Shown one piece after another: positions 54,031 to 62,194 of a stretch of DNA of 64,000 bases. Every line of letters starts with the position of its first letter. Position 1 is the first letter of the stretch. Position numbers and translations under genes: made by a program. Origin of the DNA: Caldisericia bacterium (GTDB lineage: Bacteria > Caldisericota > Caldisericia > JAAYUI01); assembly GCA_963674785.1 (NCBI GenBank), contig OY771555.1:1312001-1376000 (forward strand), in the 5' to 3' direction. Below the pieces are notes generated by a model. The model was not told where the DNA came from and made no database searches. It saw only the letters and a list, made by a program, of their open reading frames with translations.

Positions 54031-54831
54031 TTACATTTTATTGACCATTTTTCTCATTAATGAGAAAAATGATTTTGAGATCAATACCTGTAAAAATGAG
54101 AGTTTGCCATCAGTGTAATAGAGCTTTTTGGGTTCTAACCAACCTTTTTGTTCCCAGTAGTTGAAATCTGCTGGGAACTCTTCTTTCGCCCCAGGTTTAC
54201 TGGTGTATACAGCTTTAAAAGATTGATATTGCAGTATTCCATTTGTTGTTGCTCTAAAGGGTTTTGGGGAGTTAACTTTTTCAAAAAATTTCTTTGAAGC
54301 ATTGAAAACTGAGAGGTTTGTTTTTTTATCTAGATTATTCCAGTCTTTTATCGGAACCGTTGTTGTCCCTAATTTGTCAACGACCAGAAACCCCATTGCT
54401 GAAACATAGTTTAGTGCTGCGAAGCATTCTTTTAGGCCTACCCCTCCAGTCGTTGAAAGAAGCAGGGCTGGTTTATCAAAATACTCAGGCCTGTGTCCCA
54501 TGAATGCAAATCTATCGAGGAAATTCTTCATAATCCAACTTACATTCATTGTGTAGGTTGGACAAGCGAAAACGATTCCATCTGCATCATGCATCTTTGT
54601 CCTAAGCTCAACAAACACTTCATCATCCGCCAGAGGACACAGATGTTCGCCCTTAGTCAGACATGTAAAACAGCCCTTACAGAGCTTTAGATTCTTTTCT
54701 TTCAGAAAAAAATACTTAAACTCGAAACTGGAAGGTTCGAGTTCATTAAATACTTGTTCAACTTTTTTTGAAAACTCATAAGTATTGCCTTTGCCTTTTG
54801 GGCTTCCATTGATAACAAGTATTTTTTTCAT
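54031..54831 (-). CDS. Flavodoxin-like / iron-sulfur flavoprotein (NADPH-dependent FMN reductase family)
   Basis: INGSP..GNT, CKGCFTC......C, P.Y.....MKNFLDR. Confidence 0.85.
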   Translation of the reverse strand: MKKILVINGSPKGKGNTYEFSKKVEQVFNELEPSSFEFKYFFLKEKNLKLCKGCFTCLTKGEHLCPLADDEVFVELRTKMHDADGIVFACPTYTMNVSWIMKNFLDRFAFMGHRPEYFDKPALLLSTTGGVGLKECFAALNYVSAMGFLVVDKLGTTTVPIKDWNNLDKKTNLSVFNASKKFFEKVNSPKPFRATTNGILQYQSFKAVYTSKPGAKEEFPADFNYWEQKGWLEPKKLYYTDGKLSFLQVLISKSFFSLMRKMVNKM

Positions 54832-54848
54832 GTTTACCGTTTCCTTTT

Positions 54849-55997
54849 TTATAGTTTGCTAAGTGGTGCAGTTTTGTAGTGGTAATCATCAGAAAATAGG
54901 TGAACTTCCCCAGTCATCTCATCAAATTCAGAACAGAATATTGAATCGAGAAGACCTGCGAATTCAATTATTTTCATGGTGTTTTCTTTTGGATTTGGAA
55001 AAAATACTTTGACTGTGAAATCGTTATCTGTGTCCTGACCAAATATGTAAATATCCCCAAACTCCCTAGTTCTATGTATATCTATTGCCTCAAACGAACC
55101 ATCTTCAATTGTGTGGAACTTGATCGATCTCATATCTCCATTCATGTATCTTTTAGCCCATTTTAGCCCAGAGTTCTTGGTTTCATAGAGTGTTGAGTTC
55201 AAACCAAAACCAAGTTCATCCGAAGGTTGATTTATCAACTCGATCTTGTTTGTTAGGTCGATTACATGGTAATCTTCGCCGTCAAAGACATTTGCGATTG
55301 ACGCTCTTTCATCCCACTCAATCTGCCAGTTAAAAGATTCTCGATGCAAACTCTTTATCTCAAGTGGCCAGAGAAACTTATACTTGTTGTCAGCAATTTC
55401 GAAAGCAAGAAAGTTGTATCCATCGTAGGCAATCTGTTTACTTGAAAGCTTTGGATATGATGGGAAGACTGTTTTTTTCTTGAATGTTTGTTCAGCAACC
55501 ACCTTGCCTGTATTTGTGTTGTGGTGGAATATTGACAAACATCCGGGCTCTTGCAAAGAAAACACTGGGTTTTGGAAGTGATTCCCTACGTATGCACCAA
55601 TAATGTCCATGCATTCGGTTTTGTGCAGGAATTTTGACTTGATTTTGCCTGTATCGAAAAATGAGCTTAGGTCAGATGAACTTGGTAGCTGAAGCCCTGT
55701 TACCCAGTAGTCAGATTCTCCTACCATTGTAATAATCATTGTTCCGGGGTAACTGGTATCAATAACCGGATTACTTGGAAGAAAAGTGTCTTTTGTATTG
55801 AGTCTGCTTCCACAGTACATCCAAGTTTCGACTTCAAAAGGAAGGTCAAATGAGGTCAACGACTTGGCTCTGAATCTGTCACTACAGATATGAACCGTGT
55901 TTCCGTTAACGATTACAGGATGCACTCCCCCATCACTTTTGGGGATGTATGCAATAACATCTCCTGGTACAAATTCTTTCTTCACAAGCTCGATCAT
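54849..55997 (-). CDS. Hypothetical beta-rich protein, paralog of upstream gene
   Basis: GGAGG SD; YDG/FDG blade-like motifs shared with 56009-57277. Confidence 0.65.
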   Translation of the reverse strand: MIELVKKEFVPGDVIAYIPKSDGGVHPVIVNGNTVHICSDRFRAKSLTSFDLPFEVETWMYCGSRLNTKDTFLPSNPVIDTSYPGTMIITMVGESDYWVTGLQLPSSSDLSSFFDTGKIKSKFLHKTECMDIIGAYVGNHFQNPVFSLQEPGCLSIFHHNTNTGKVVAEQTFKKKTVFPSYPKLSSKQIAYDGYNFLAFEIADNKYKFLWPLEIKSLHRESFNWQIEWDERASIANVFDGEDYHVIDLTNKIELINQPSDELGFGLNSTLYETKNSGLKWAKRYMNGDMRSIKFHTIEDGSFEAIDIHRTREFGDIYIFGQDTDNDFTVKVFFPNPKENTMKIIEFAGLLDSIFCSEFDEMTGEVHLFSDDYHYKTAPLSKL

Positions 55998-56008
55998 AGT
56001 TCCTCCCT

Positions 56009-57277
56009 CTATTCAAAACCTTTTAATTCAATCCTGTTTACTCTCTTCCATTTTGAGATGTTTTCGGTTTCATAATACATACTACTTGTAAACATAAACA
56101 TCTTTTTTGTTTTTTTATCGAAATCAATGCTCTCGATTTCTCCGTCGATGTTTGTAAAAATGAATTCGTCAATCACATTTTCACCAAATGGATATGCATT
56201 GAAAATCTTTATTGTTGATTTACCATCAACAGTTTTTTTGAATCCAAAAAGTCCACCGTCATACGAACCAATTTGAAATCTAAAGATTGGGGTCATAGTT
56301 TCCTCGGAAAGTGTAATCTTCCTGATTTCAATTTCTTCTGGTGAGATAACAGTGTTTTCTATGTAGATAATCCCATTATCCGATGAGAAACATACAGAAT
56401 CAATTCCGGCTTTAAGTCCATCAATCTCGATTGAGTTGATGATTTCCATATCAAAAAGGTCAATAAAGTTCAGTTTTTTCCCGTCGTAGAATGTAAAAAG
56501 AGGGGAGTCTGATTTGTGTGAATTGATTGAATCAAAAAATACTGGAGATATTCCTTTTTCAATACTAATCTCTTTCTGTTCGATGAATTCTCCATTATCA
56601 ATATCAATGAACCTTAGCTTTTCACCATCAAATCCAACAAGTCTCACCCCTGGAGAAAGAGATTTTGAAAAAACCATTTCCCTTGAGAACTCTTTTGAAA
56701 ACTCGGTTATTGACATATCTCCACTCGACGTCTGGGCGATAAGTTTCTTTCTTGATTTGTCGAGTCCAACGATCAGTGGTTTTTCTTGAATGCCAATATC
56801 ACAGACCTGTATCAATTCATCAATCTCGGTTTTGGTTTCATCTGCAAAGTCTACGGTATTGTAGGCTGGTTCGTCCGTGATATCTTGGATCAATCCCTGA
56901 ATGAAGTTTCCATCATCAGTCTTTTGAAGGAGGGCGTGAAAACAGCTTGATTCATTTTCATCTTCTCCGACAATACTTGTGTTGACCTGTGATACTATTA
57001 CTCCCCAGCTTGAAGATGAGGTAAGGTTTTCATGATCTTCGATTACCTCAGCTTCCAGAAATCCTGATATGATTTGGTCAACTGGGTTTTCAAGTTCAAT
57101 TTCTGTTGCAAGCTCATTTCGGTTGGCTTTTGTGCATATTTTGATCTTGTTTTCAAGACTTAGAATCGGGTAGTCAGTTTCGAATGAGTGGTCTTCTAAG
57201 TAATCTACAAACTTACCTTTTTCGAATGGATCATCAACCACCCAGAGATCAGATGACATTTTTATCTTATTGTTCAT
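56009..57277 (-). CDS. Hypothetical acidic beta-rich protein
   Basis: 422-aa ORF; upstream TTGAAT-16-TATACT-7-ATG. Confidence 0.65.
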   Translation of the reverse strand: MNNKIKMSSDLWVVDDPFEKGKFVDYLEDHSFETDYPILSLENKIKICTKANRNELATEIELENPVDQIISGFLEAEVIEDHENLTSSSSWGVIVSQVNTSIVGEDENESSCFHALLQKTDDGNFIQGLIQDITDEPAYNTVDFADETKTEIDELIQVCDIGIQEKPLIVGLDKSRKKLIAQTSSGDMSITEFSKEFSREMVFSKSLSPGVRLVGFDGEKLRFIDIDNGEFIEQKEISIEKGISPVFFDSINSHKSDSPLFTFYDGKKLNFIDLFDMEIINSIEIDGLKAGIDSVCFSSDNGIIYIENTVISPEEIEIRKITLSEETMTPIFRFQIGSYDGGLFGFKKTVDGKSTIKIFNAYPFGENVIDEFIFTNIDGEIESIDFDKKTKKMFMFTSSMYYETENISKWKRVNRIELKGFE

Positions 57278-57330
57278 GCTGGTTAGTATACACTAATCGA
57301 TAAAGGATTCAAAATATCAATAATCTGGAG

Positions 57331-57756
57331 TTATTTTATTATGGCTTTTGCAATTGGGTACGCCCAAGGGATTCTTGATTCTTTGCCCTTTGCTGCACCA
57401 ATCGATGCTATAAAAGCTGTAAAGTAGAAGAATATTATCAATCCAACAATTCCATACATGTAGAAATCGCTGATTATCATAAAACCAGTAAACTTGCTTA
57501 TCACCATGTTTGCAAGAACCCAAACGATTACTGCAAGTATTGCTACGATACTGTTGAATATTGAGGTGATGGCATGTCTCAAAATAAACTTGTTTCCTTT
57601 TGCGATCTTCACTGCTCCAACAAGGATTAGAATGCCCATGATTCCAAATGTTACATGCGATAGAACCGCAAAAAGTCTTGAGTCGGTATTGGGTCTTGTC
57701 GAGACTGTGTTTGTATATGCAATCTGATTATCGTTACTTTTTTGAATCTCTTCCAT
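57331..57756 (-). CDS. DUF4870-like membrane protein
   Basis: A.LSH, F...HA..S, A.KG....P pattern; TTGACC-16-TAAAAT-8-ATG supports start 57756. Confidence 0.65.
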   Translation of the reverse strand: MEEIQKSNDNQIAYTNTVSTRPNTDSRLFAVLSHVTFGIMGILILVGAVKIAKGNKFILRHAITSIFNSIVAILAVIVWVLANMVISKFTGFMIISDFYMYGIVGLIIFFYFTAFIASIGAAKGKESRIPWAYPIAKAIIK

Positions 57757-57961
57757 ATTTGTTGATTTTACCTGTTTTGATATGAAGGTCAATCTCATTC
57801 TCAAAGTTATATTATATTAAATTTGAGTAATATTTGCATAATAATAGATTTTTAATGAATAAATTTGTCAAGTGGAAAATTTGGCTTATCATGGGTGTTA
57901 GAACATCAAATATGCCTCATGGATTCTATTCTTGTCAAATAAAATTCAAGAAACCTGTTGC

Positions 57962-57990
57962 TTGACTTGCACTACTTTGAAATATACAAT
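57962..57990 (+). promoter_or_regulatory. Sigma70 promoter of hdr operon
   Basis: TTGACT-17nt-TACAAT. Confidence 0.7.
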
Positions 57991-58057
57991 TTGGGAGTTG
58001 TGATCGAAAAAAACGCGAAAGAAGTGTATAATAATCCTATTCAAAGGGGGTGTACCC

Positions 58058-58591
58058 GTGACTGATTCCGCTGGTGCCTCTGCCGTTACTGATTCACGTC
58101 TTAAACCCGTTTTCAAAAACGAGGTTTCAGAATTACCTGGTGGAGAACGTGTAAAAAGTTGTTTTCAATGTGGCACATGCACCGCTTCTTGCCCTGTAAG
58201 AGCAGTGGATGATTCCTACAACCCAAGGAAAATCATTAGGATGGTTCTTCTTGGAATGAGGAAAGAAGTTCTTGAAAAAGAACCCATCTGGCTTTGTACC
58301 TACTGCTATACATGTCAGGAGCGATGCCCACAAGAAGTAAGTATCACTGATATTATTTTCTCTCTAAAAAATCTTGCTTCCAAAGAAGGTTTCATGCATC
58401 CTTCAATGGTGCCTCAGGTTGAGATTCTCTCTGAGTTTGGAAGACTCTATGAGATGACAGATTTTGACAACAAAAAGAGAGCCAAGCTCGGACTTCCTCC
58501 GCTTGGAAACAAGCCGGAGGCTGTTGAATCTGTCTTTGATTCGACTGGTCTTTCAAAGGAAGCAGAAGAAAGAAAGGGGTCGTCAAAGTGA
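58058..58591 (+). CDS. hdrC: Heterodisulfide reductase subunit C-like
   Basis: CFQCGTCTASCP, PRKIIR, WLCTYCYTCQERCP. Confidence 0.92.
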   Translation: MTDSAGASAVTDSRLKPVFKNEVSELPGGERVKSCFQCGTCTASCPVRAVDDSYNPRKIIRMVLLGMRKEVLEKEPIWLCTYCYTCQERCPQEVSITDIIFSLKNLASKEGFMHPSMVPQVEILSEFGRLYEMTDFDNKKRAKLGLPPLGNKPEAVESVFDSTGLSKEAEERKGSSK

Positions 58592-59469
58592 AATTAGCTT
58601 TATTTTTAGGTTGTACGATTCCCGCAAGAGGACTTCATTATGAGGCCTCTGCCCGAAAGGTTGCAGAGTTTTTGGGTATTGAGTTTGTTGACATGGAAGG
58701 CGCTGGTTGTTGTGGAATGCCAGTCAGAAATGTTTCGTCCGACTCAAGTATTGCTATGTCAGCAATTGCCCTCGCTCAGGCTGAGGAGATGGGTCTCGAA
58801 TTAGTAACTCTTTGCTCTGCTTGTAACGCAACGCTTACAGAAGCAGCTCATATGCTTCATGAAGACAAAGAATTACTGAAAAGAGTTAATGAGATTCTTA
58901 CCAAAGCAGGAAAAAAGCCATACAAAGGAACAACAAAGGTTTGGCATTTCACAAGATTCCTTCATGAAAAGATTGGCCCAGAAAAGATAAAATCCCTTGT
59001 CAAAAAACCACTTACTGGTGTAAAAATCTTTAGTCATGCAGGATGTCATTATCTCAAACCAAGAACAATTTTTGACTGTTTTGACAGCCCCGAAGATCCA
59101 CAGACTCTTGATGATCTTGTAAAAGCGATTGGTGCCGAATCTGTTAAAATAATTAATCCAAACGAGTGTTGTGGCGGTGGAATTCTTGCATTTTCTGAGG
59201 ATGACTCAGTTAAGATCGCCGGTGGAAAACTCAAACGCGTCGTTGACCATGGCGGAATTGATGCAATGGCTCTCCATTGTCCATTCTGTAATATTCAGTA
59301 CGAAAGCCATCAGAAGAAGCTCGAAAAGGACAGTGGTGAAAAGATTGATCTCCCAATCTTGTTTATCACCGAACTCATAGGGCTTGCATTCGGACTTGAT
59401 ACAAAAGAGCTTGGATTTGGTCAGCATCGTGTCAAACCAAAAGACCTTTTAGCAAAGGTTGAGGCATAA
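58588..59469 (+). CDS. hdrB: Heterodisulfide reductase subunit B-like
   Basis: Two CCG domains: GC..CCG..CSAC and HAGCH..CCG..CPFC. Confidence 0.92.
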   Translation: MKLALFLGCTIPARGLHYEASARKVAEFLGIEFVDMEGAGCCGMPVRNVSSDSSIAMSAIALAQAEEMGLELVTLCSACNATLTEAAHMLHEDKELLKRVNEILTKAGKKPYKGTTKVWHFTRFLHEKIGPEKIKSLVKKPLTGVKIFSHAGCHYLKPRTIFDCFDSPEDPQTLDDLVKAIGAESVKIINPNECCGGGILAFSEDDSVKIAGGKLKRVVDHGGIDAMALHCPFCNIQYESHQKKLEKDSGEKIDLPILFITELIGLAFGLDTKELGFGQHRVKPKDLLAKVEA

Positions 59470-59480
59470 GGGGGTTACTC

Positions 59481-60716
59481 GTGGAAAACTATAAATATGT
59501 AATAGTTGGTAACGGAATAGCCGGTCTCAGAGCTGCTGACACAATTCGTCAGCAGGACAAGGAAGGCTCCCTTTGCATGATCTCTGAGGAACCATATCTT
59601 TCGTACTCAAGACCATTGATTTCGTACCTTATTGGTGGAGAGATCAAGTATGAAAAGATGTTCTATCATGATCAGGAATGGTATGACAATTTAGGTATCC
59701 AGCTCAAAATGGGTTCAGCCGCTACAAAGCTTGAGCCTATCCATAACAAGCTTGCACTTGCTGATGGAACCGAGATCGGATATGAAAAGCTTTTGATCGC
59801 AGTCGGCGGTAAGGGTGCAATCCCAAATATTCCAGGAAAAGACCTCAAGGGTATCTTCACTTTTACTCATCTTGATACAGCCAAACAGATTAAACAGATG
59901 GTTGATGAGGGAGCGAAGAGAGCATTTGTTCTTGGTGGTGGACTTGTTGGACTTAAGGCTGCTCAGGGACTTGCTGATGCTGGGATCGATGTAACAGTTG
60001 TTATTTCCTCTGGTCAGGTTCTCTCACAGCTTCTTGATGAAACTGCAGCCGAACTTGTCAAAAGAAGACTTGATAGAAAAGGTATCAGGGTGATTTTGAA
60101 TACCTCGGTCATGGAAATAATTGGTGAAAATGGTAAGGTTGAAGGTATCGTACTTGAGTCAGGTGATGAACACTATTGCGACATGGTTGTTTTTGCAAAA
60201 GGTGTCAGACCAGATCTTAAATATATCAAAGATACTGAAATCAAGACAAATTATGGAATCATTGCAGACAAGCACATGAGAACAAATATTCCAAATGTTT
60301 GGGCTGCTGGTGATTGCACAGAAACTTATGAGGAAGCATTTGAAAAAACCACAACAAACCTTGTCTGGCCAAGAGCATCAGAACAGGGAAAAGTTGCTGG
60401 TTTAAACATGGTTGGTATTCCTAAGGGATACAAGGGCTGGTTCTGGATGAACTCATTCCAGTTCTATGGTCTCTCCTGTATCTCTGTTGGAAATGTCAGA
60501 CCTCATGGTGGACGTTTTGAGGTCATGATCAACCAGAACTTGAGAGAAGGAATCTATAGAAAAGTCGTACTCAAAGATAACAAGATTATTGGAGCACTTT
60601 TCGTAGGTAAGATCACCACAATTGGAACGATTAACGGACTTATCAAAAAACAGATTGACGTGCAGGGCCACAAGGAAGATATCCTTGAAGACAAACTCGC
60701 CCTGTTGATATTCTAA
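59481..60716 (+). CDS. NAD(P)/FAD-dependent oxidoreductase (NirB N-terminal / rubredoxin reductase-like)
   Basis: GNGIAG, YSRP, GGGLVG, T..P.VWAAGD, YRKVV. Confidence 0.88.
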   Translation: MENYKYVIVGNGIAGLRAADTIRQQDKEGSLCMISEEPYLSYSRPLISYLIGGEIKYEKMFYHDQEWYDNLGIQLKMGSAATKLEPIHNKLALADGTEIGYEKLLIAVGGKGAIPNIPGKDLKGIFTFTHLDTAKQIKQMVDEGAKRAFVLGGGLVGLKAAQGLADAGIDVTVVISSGQVLSQLLDETAAELVKRRLDRKGIRVILNTSVMEIIGENGKVEGIVLESGDEHYCDMVVFAKGVRPDLKYIKDTEIKTNYGIIADKHMRTNIPNVWAAGDCTETYEEAFEKTTTNLVWPRASEQGKVAGLNMVGIPKGYKGWFWMNSFQFYGLSCISVGNVRPHGGRFEVMINQNLREGIYRKVVLKDNKIIGALFVGKITTIGTINGLIKKQIDVQGHKEDILEDKLALLIF

Positions 60717-60728
60717 AGGAGACCACAC

Positions 60729-61391
60729 ATGAAAACGATTCTTGTTGATTTTGAAAAATGTGTCGGTTGCAGAATGTGCGAACGTGCCTGCATGAAGAAA
60801 CACCTTCCAGAAGGTGAAGAAGGCAAGAAGATTGATATCAATCTTACAAAACAGAGAGTTCATGTTGAGCTTGCCGGAACAAGGCCATATCCACTCAGAT
60901 GTAGGCACTGTGATGATCCTGTCTGCATAACTGCTTGCATGACTGGTTCAATGCACATCGACTACGAAACAGGCATGGTCAATGTTGACTATGATAAATG
61001 TATCGGTTGTTGGATGTGTATCATGGCTTGTCCATTTGGTGGAGTTTTACCAAATGAAGAGTTCGAGCAGGTAATTAAATGCGACAGATGCCTTGATATT
61101 GAGATTCCCGCCTGCGTAGAGGTTTGTCCAAAAGATGCTCTCGTTTATGAAGAAGTTGAGATGAGAGACGATAACCTGTGCATCGGCTGTGGTCTTTGCG
61201 TTGAAGTTTGCCCATTTGATGCAATCTCACTTGTTGAAACCGAAAAGGGTCTTAAGGCACGCACAAATACTGATCTCTGTCGTGGTTGTTCATTCTGTGC
61301 AACCAGCTGTCCGTATGATGCAATATTTATGAATTTCCTGACAAACGATCGTCTGCAGGACGAAGTCCAGGAAATAGTGGAATCTTACTAG
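60729..61391 (+). CDS. CooF/HydN-like 4x[4Fe-4S] protein with an extra C-terminal 2x[4Fe-4S] ferredoxin
   Basis: CVGCRMC..AC, CRHC..P.C...C, CIGCWMC..ACP, KCDRC..PACV..CP, then CIGCGLC..VCP and CRGCSFC..SCP. Confidence 0.85.
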   Translation: MKTILVDFEKCVGCRMCERACMKKHLPEGEEGKKIDINLTKQRVHVELAGTRPYPLRCRHCDDPVCITACMTGSMHIDYETGMVNVDYDKCIGCWMCIMACPFGGVLPNEEFEQVIKCDRCLDIEIPACVEVCPKDALVYEEVEMRDDNLCIGCGLCVEVCPFDAISLVETEKGLKARTNTDLCRGCSFCATSCPYDAIFMNFLTNDRLQDEVQEIVESY

Positions 61392-61404
61392 AGGAAGGTG
61401 CAGA

Positions 61405-62184
61405 ATGGCAAATACAAAAAGACAGCTTTTTACACCTAAGGTAGTCACATTTGTCTGCAACTGGTGTTCCTCTGCATCTGGCGATTTAGTCGGACCTATC
61501 AGAACTCCATACAATGGTATTCCAAGAGTTATGAGGGTTCTGTGTACAGGCAGAATTAAGGCAGATGATATAATTTCATCCTTTGAGATGGGAGCCGATG
61601 GAGTTTTCATCGCAGGATGTGAAGAGCTAGAGTGTAACTATAGAACAGGAAACCTAATTGCAAAAAGAAGAGTTCGATTTGTCAAAGCAGTTCTTCAGCA
61701 TGCAGGTTTCTCAACCGATAGAGTAGATATGTCTCTTGATTTCCTTCAACTCGTAAAAGAGCCAGTTGGAGTTTTTAGAAAAAAGATTACAAAACTCGGT
61801 GCACTTGGCACCGCTGCAGATGAAGGTATGACACCTGAGGAAGTTCGAATGAAACTTGCTATTGCAAGAAAAGTTACTCAGGATGCTGAAATCGGCTGGC
61901 TTGTTGGTAAGGAAGCAATGCTTACTGAGAAACAAAATGCATATGGAGAGAAGCTTTCTCAGGAAGATTTTGATAAGATGATTGTCGATTATATAGAAGA
62001 AAAATGCAAACTTTATACAATTCTTTCAAAGATTGAAAAAGTTCCAATGACTATTCCGCAGATTTCTTCAGAAACACAGATCAAATCGACAAAGGTTTTT
62101 GAGATGATTCAGCAGCTCGTAAGAGACGGCTCAATATCAGAGGCTGGTAAGTCAGGTCGCTATTACCAGTACATCCAGGCGTAG
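61405..62184 (+). CDS. mvhD: MvhD/FlpD-like [2Fe-2S] subunit with C-terminal helical/winged-HTH-like extension
   Basis: F.CNWC, RV.C.GR, GADGV...GC...C.Y..GN; about 120 extra residues. Confidence 0.8.
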   Translation: MANTKRQLFTPKVVTFVCNWCSSASGDLVGPIRTPYNGIPRVMRVLCTGRIKADDIISSFEMGADGVFIAGCEELECNYRTGNLIAKRRVRFVKAVLQHAGFSTDRVDMSLDFLQLVKEPVGVFRKKITKLGALGTAADEGMTPEEVRMKLAIARKVTQDAEIGWLVGKEAMLTEKQNAYGEKLSQEDFDKMIVDYIEEKCKLYTILSKIEKVPMTIPQISSETQIKSTKVFEMIQQLVRDGSISEAGKSGRYYQYIQA

Positions 62185-62194
62185 GAGGAGCATA

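Noticed and set aside
57998-58015. Rex operator downstream of the hdr promoter
   Set aside because: Only the TTGTGA half-site matches; no palindromic TCACAA
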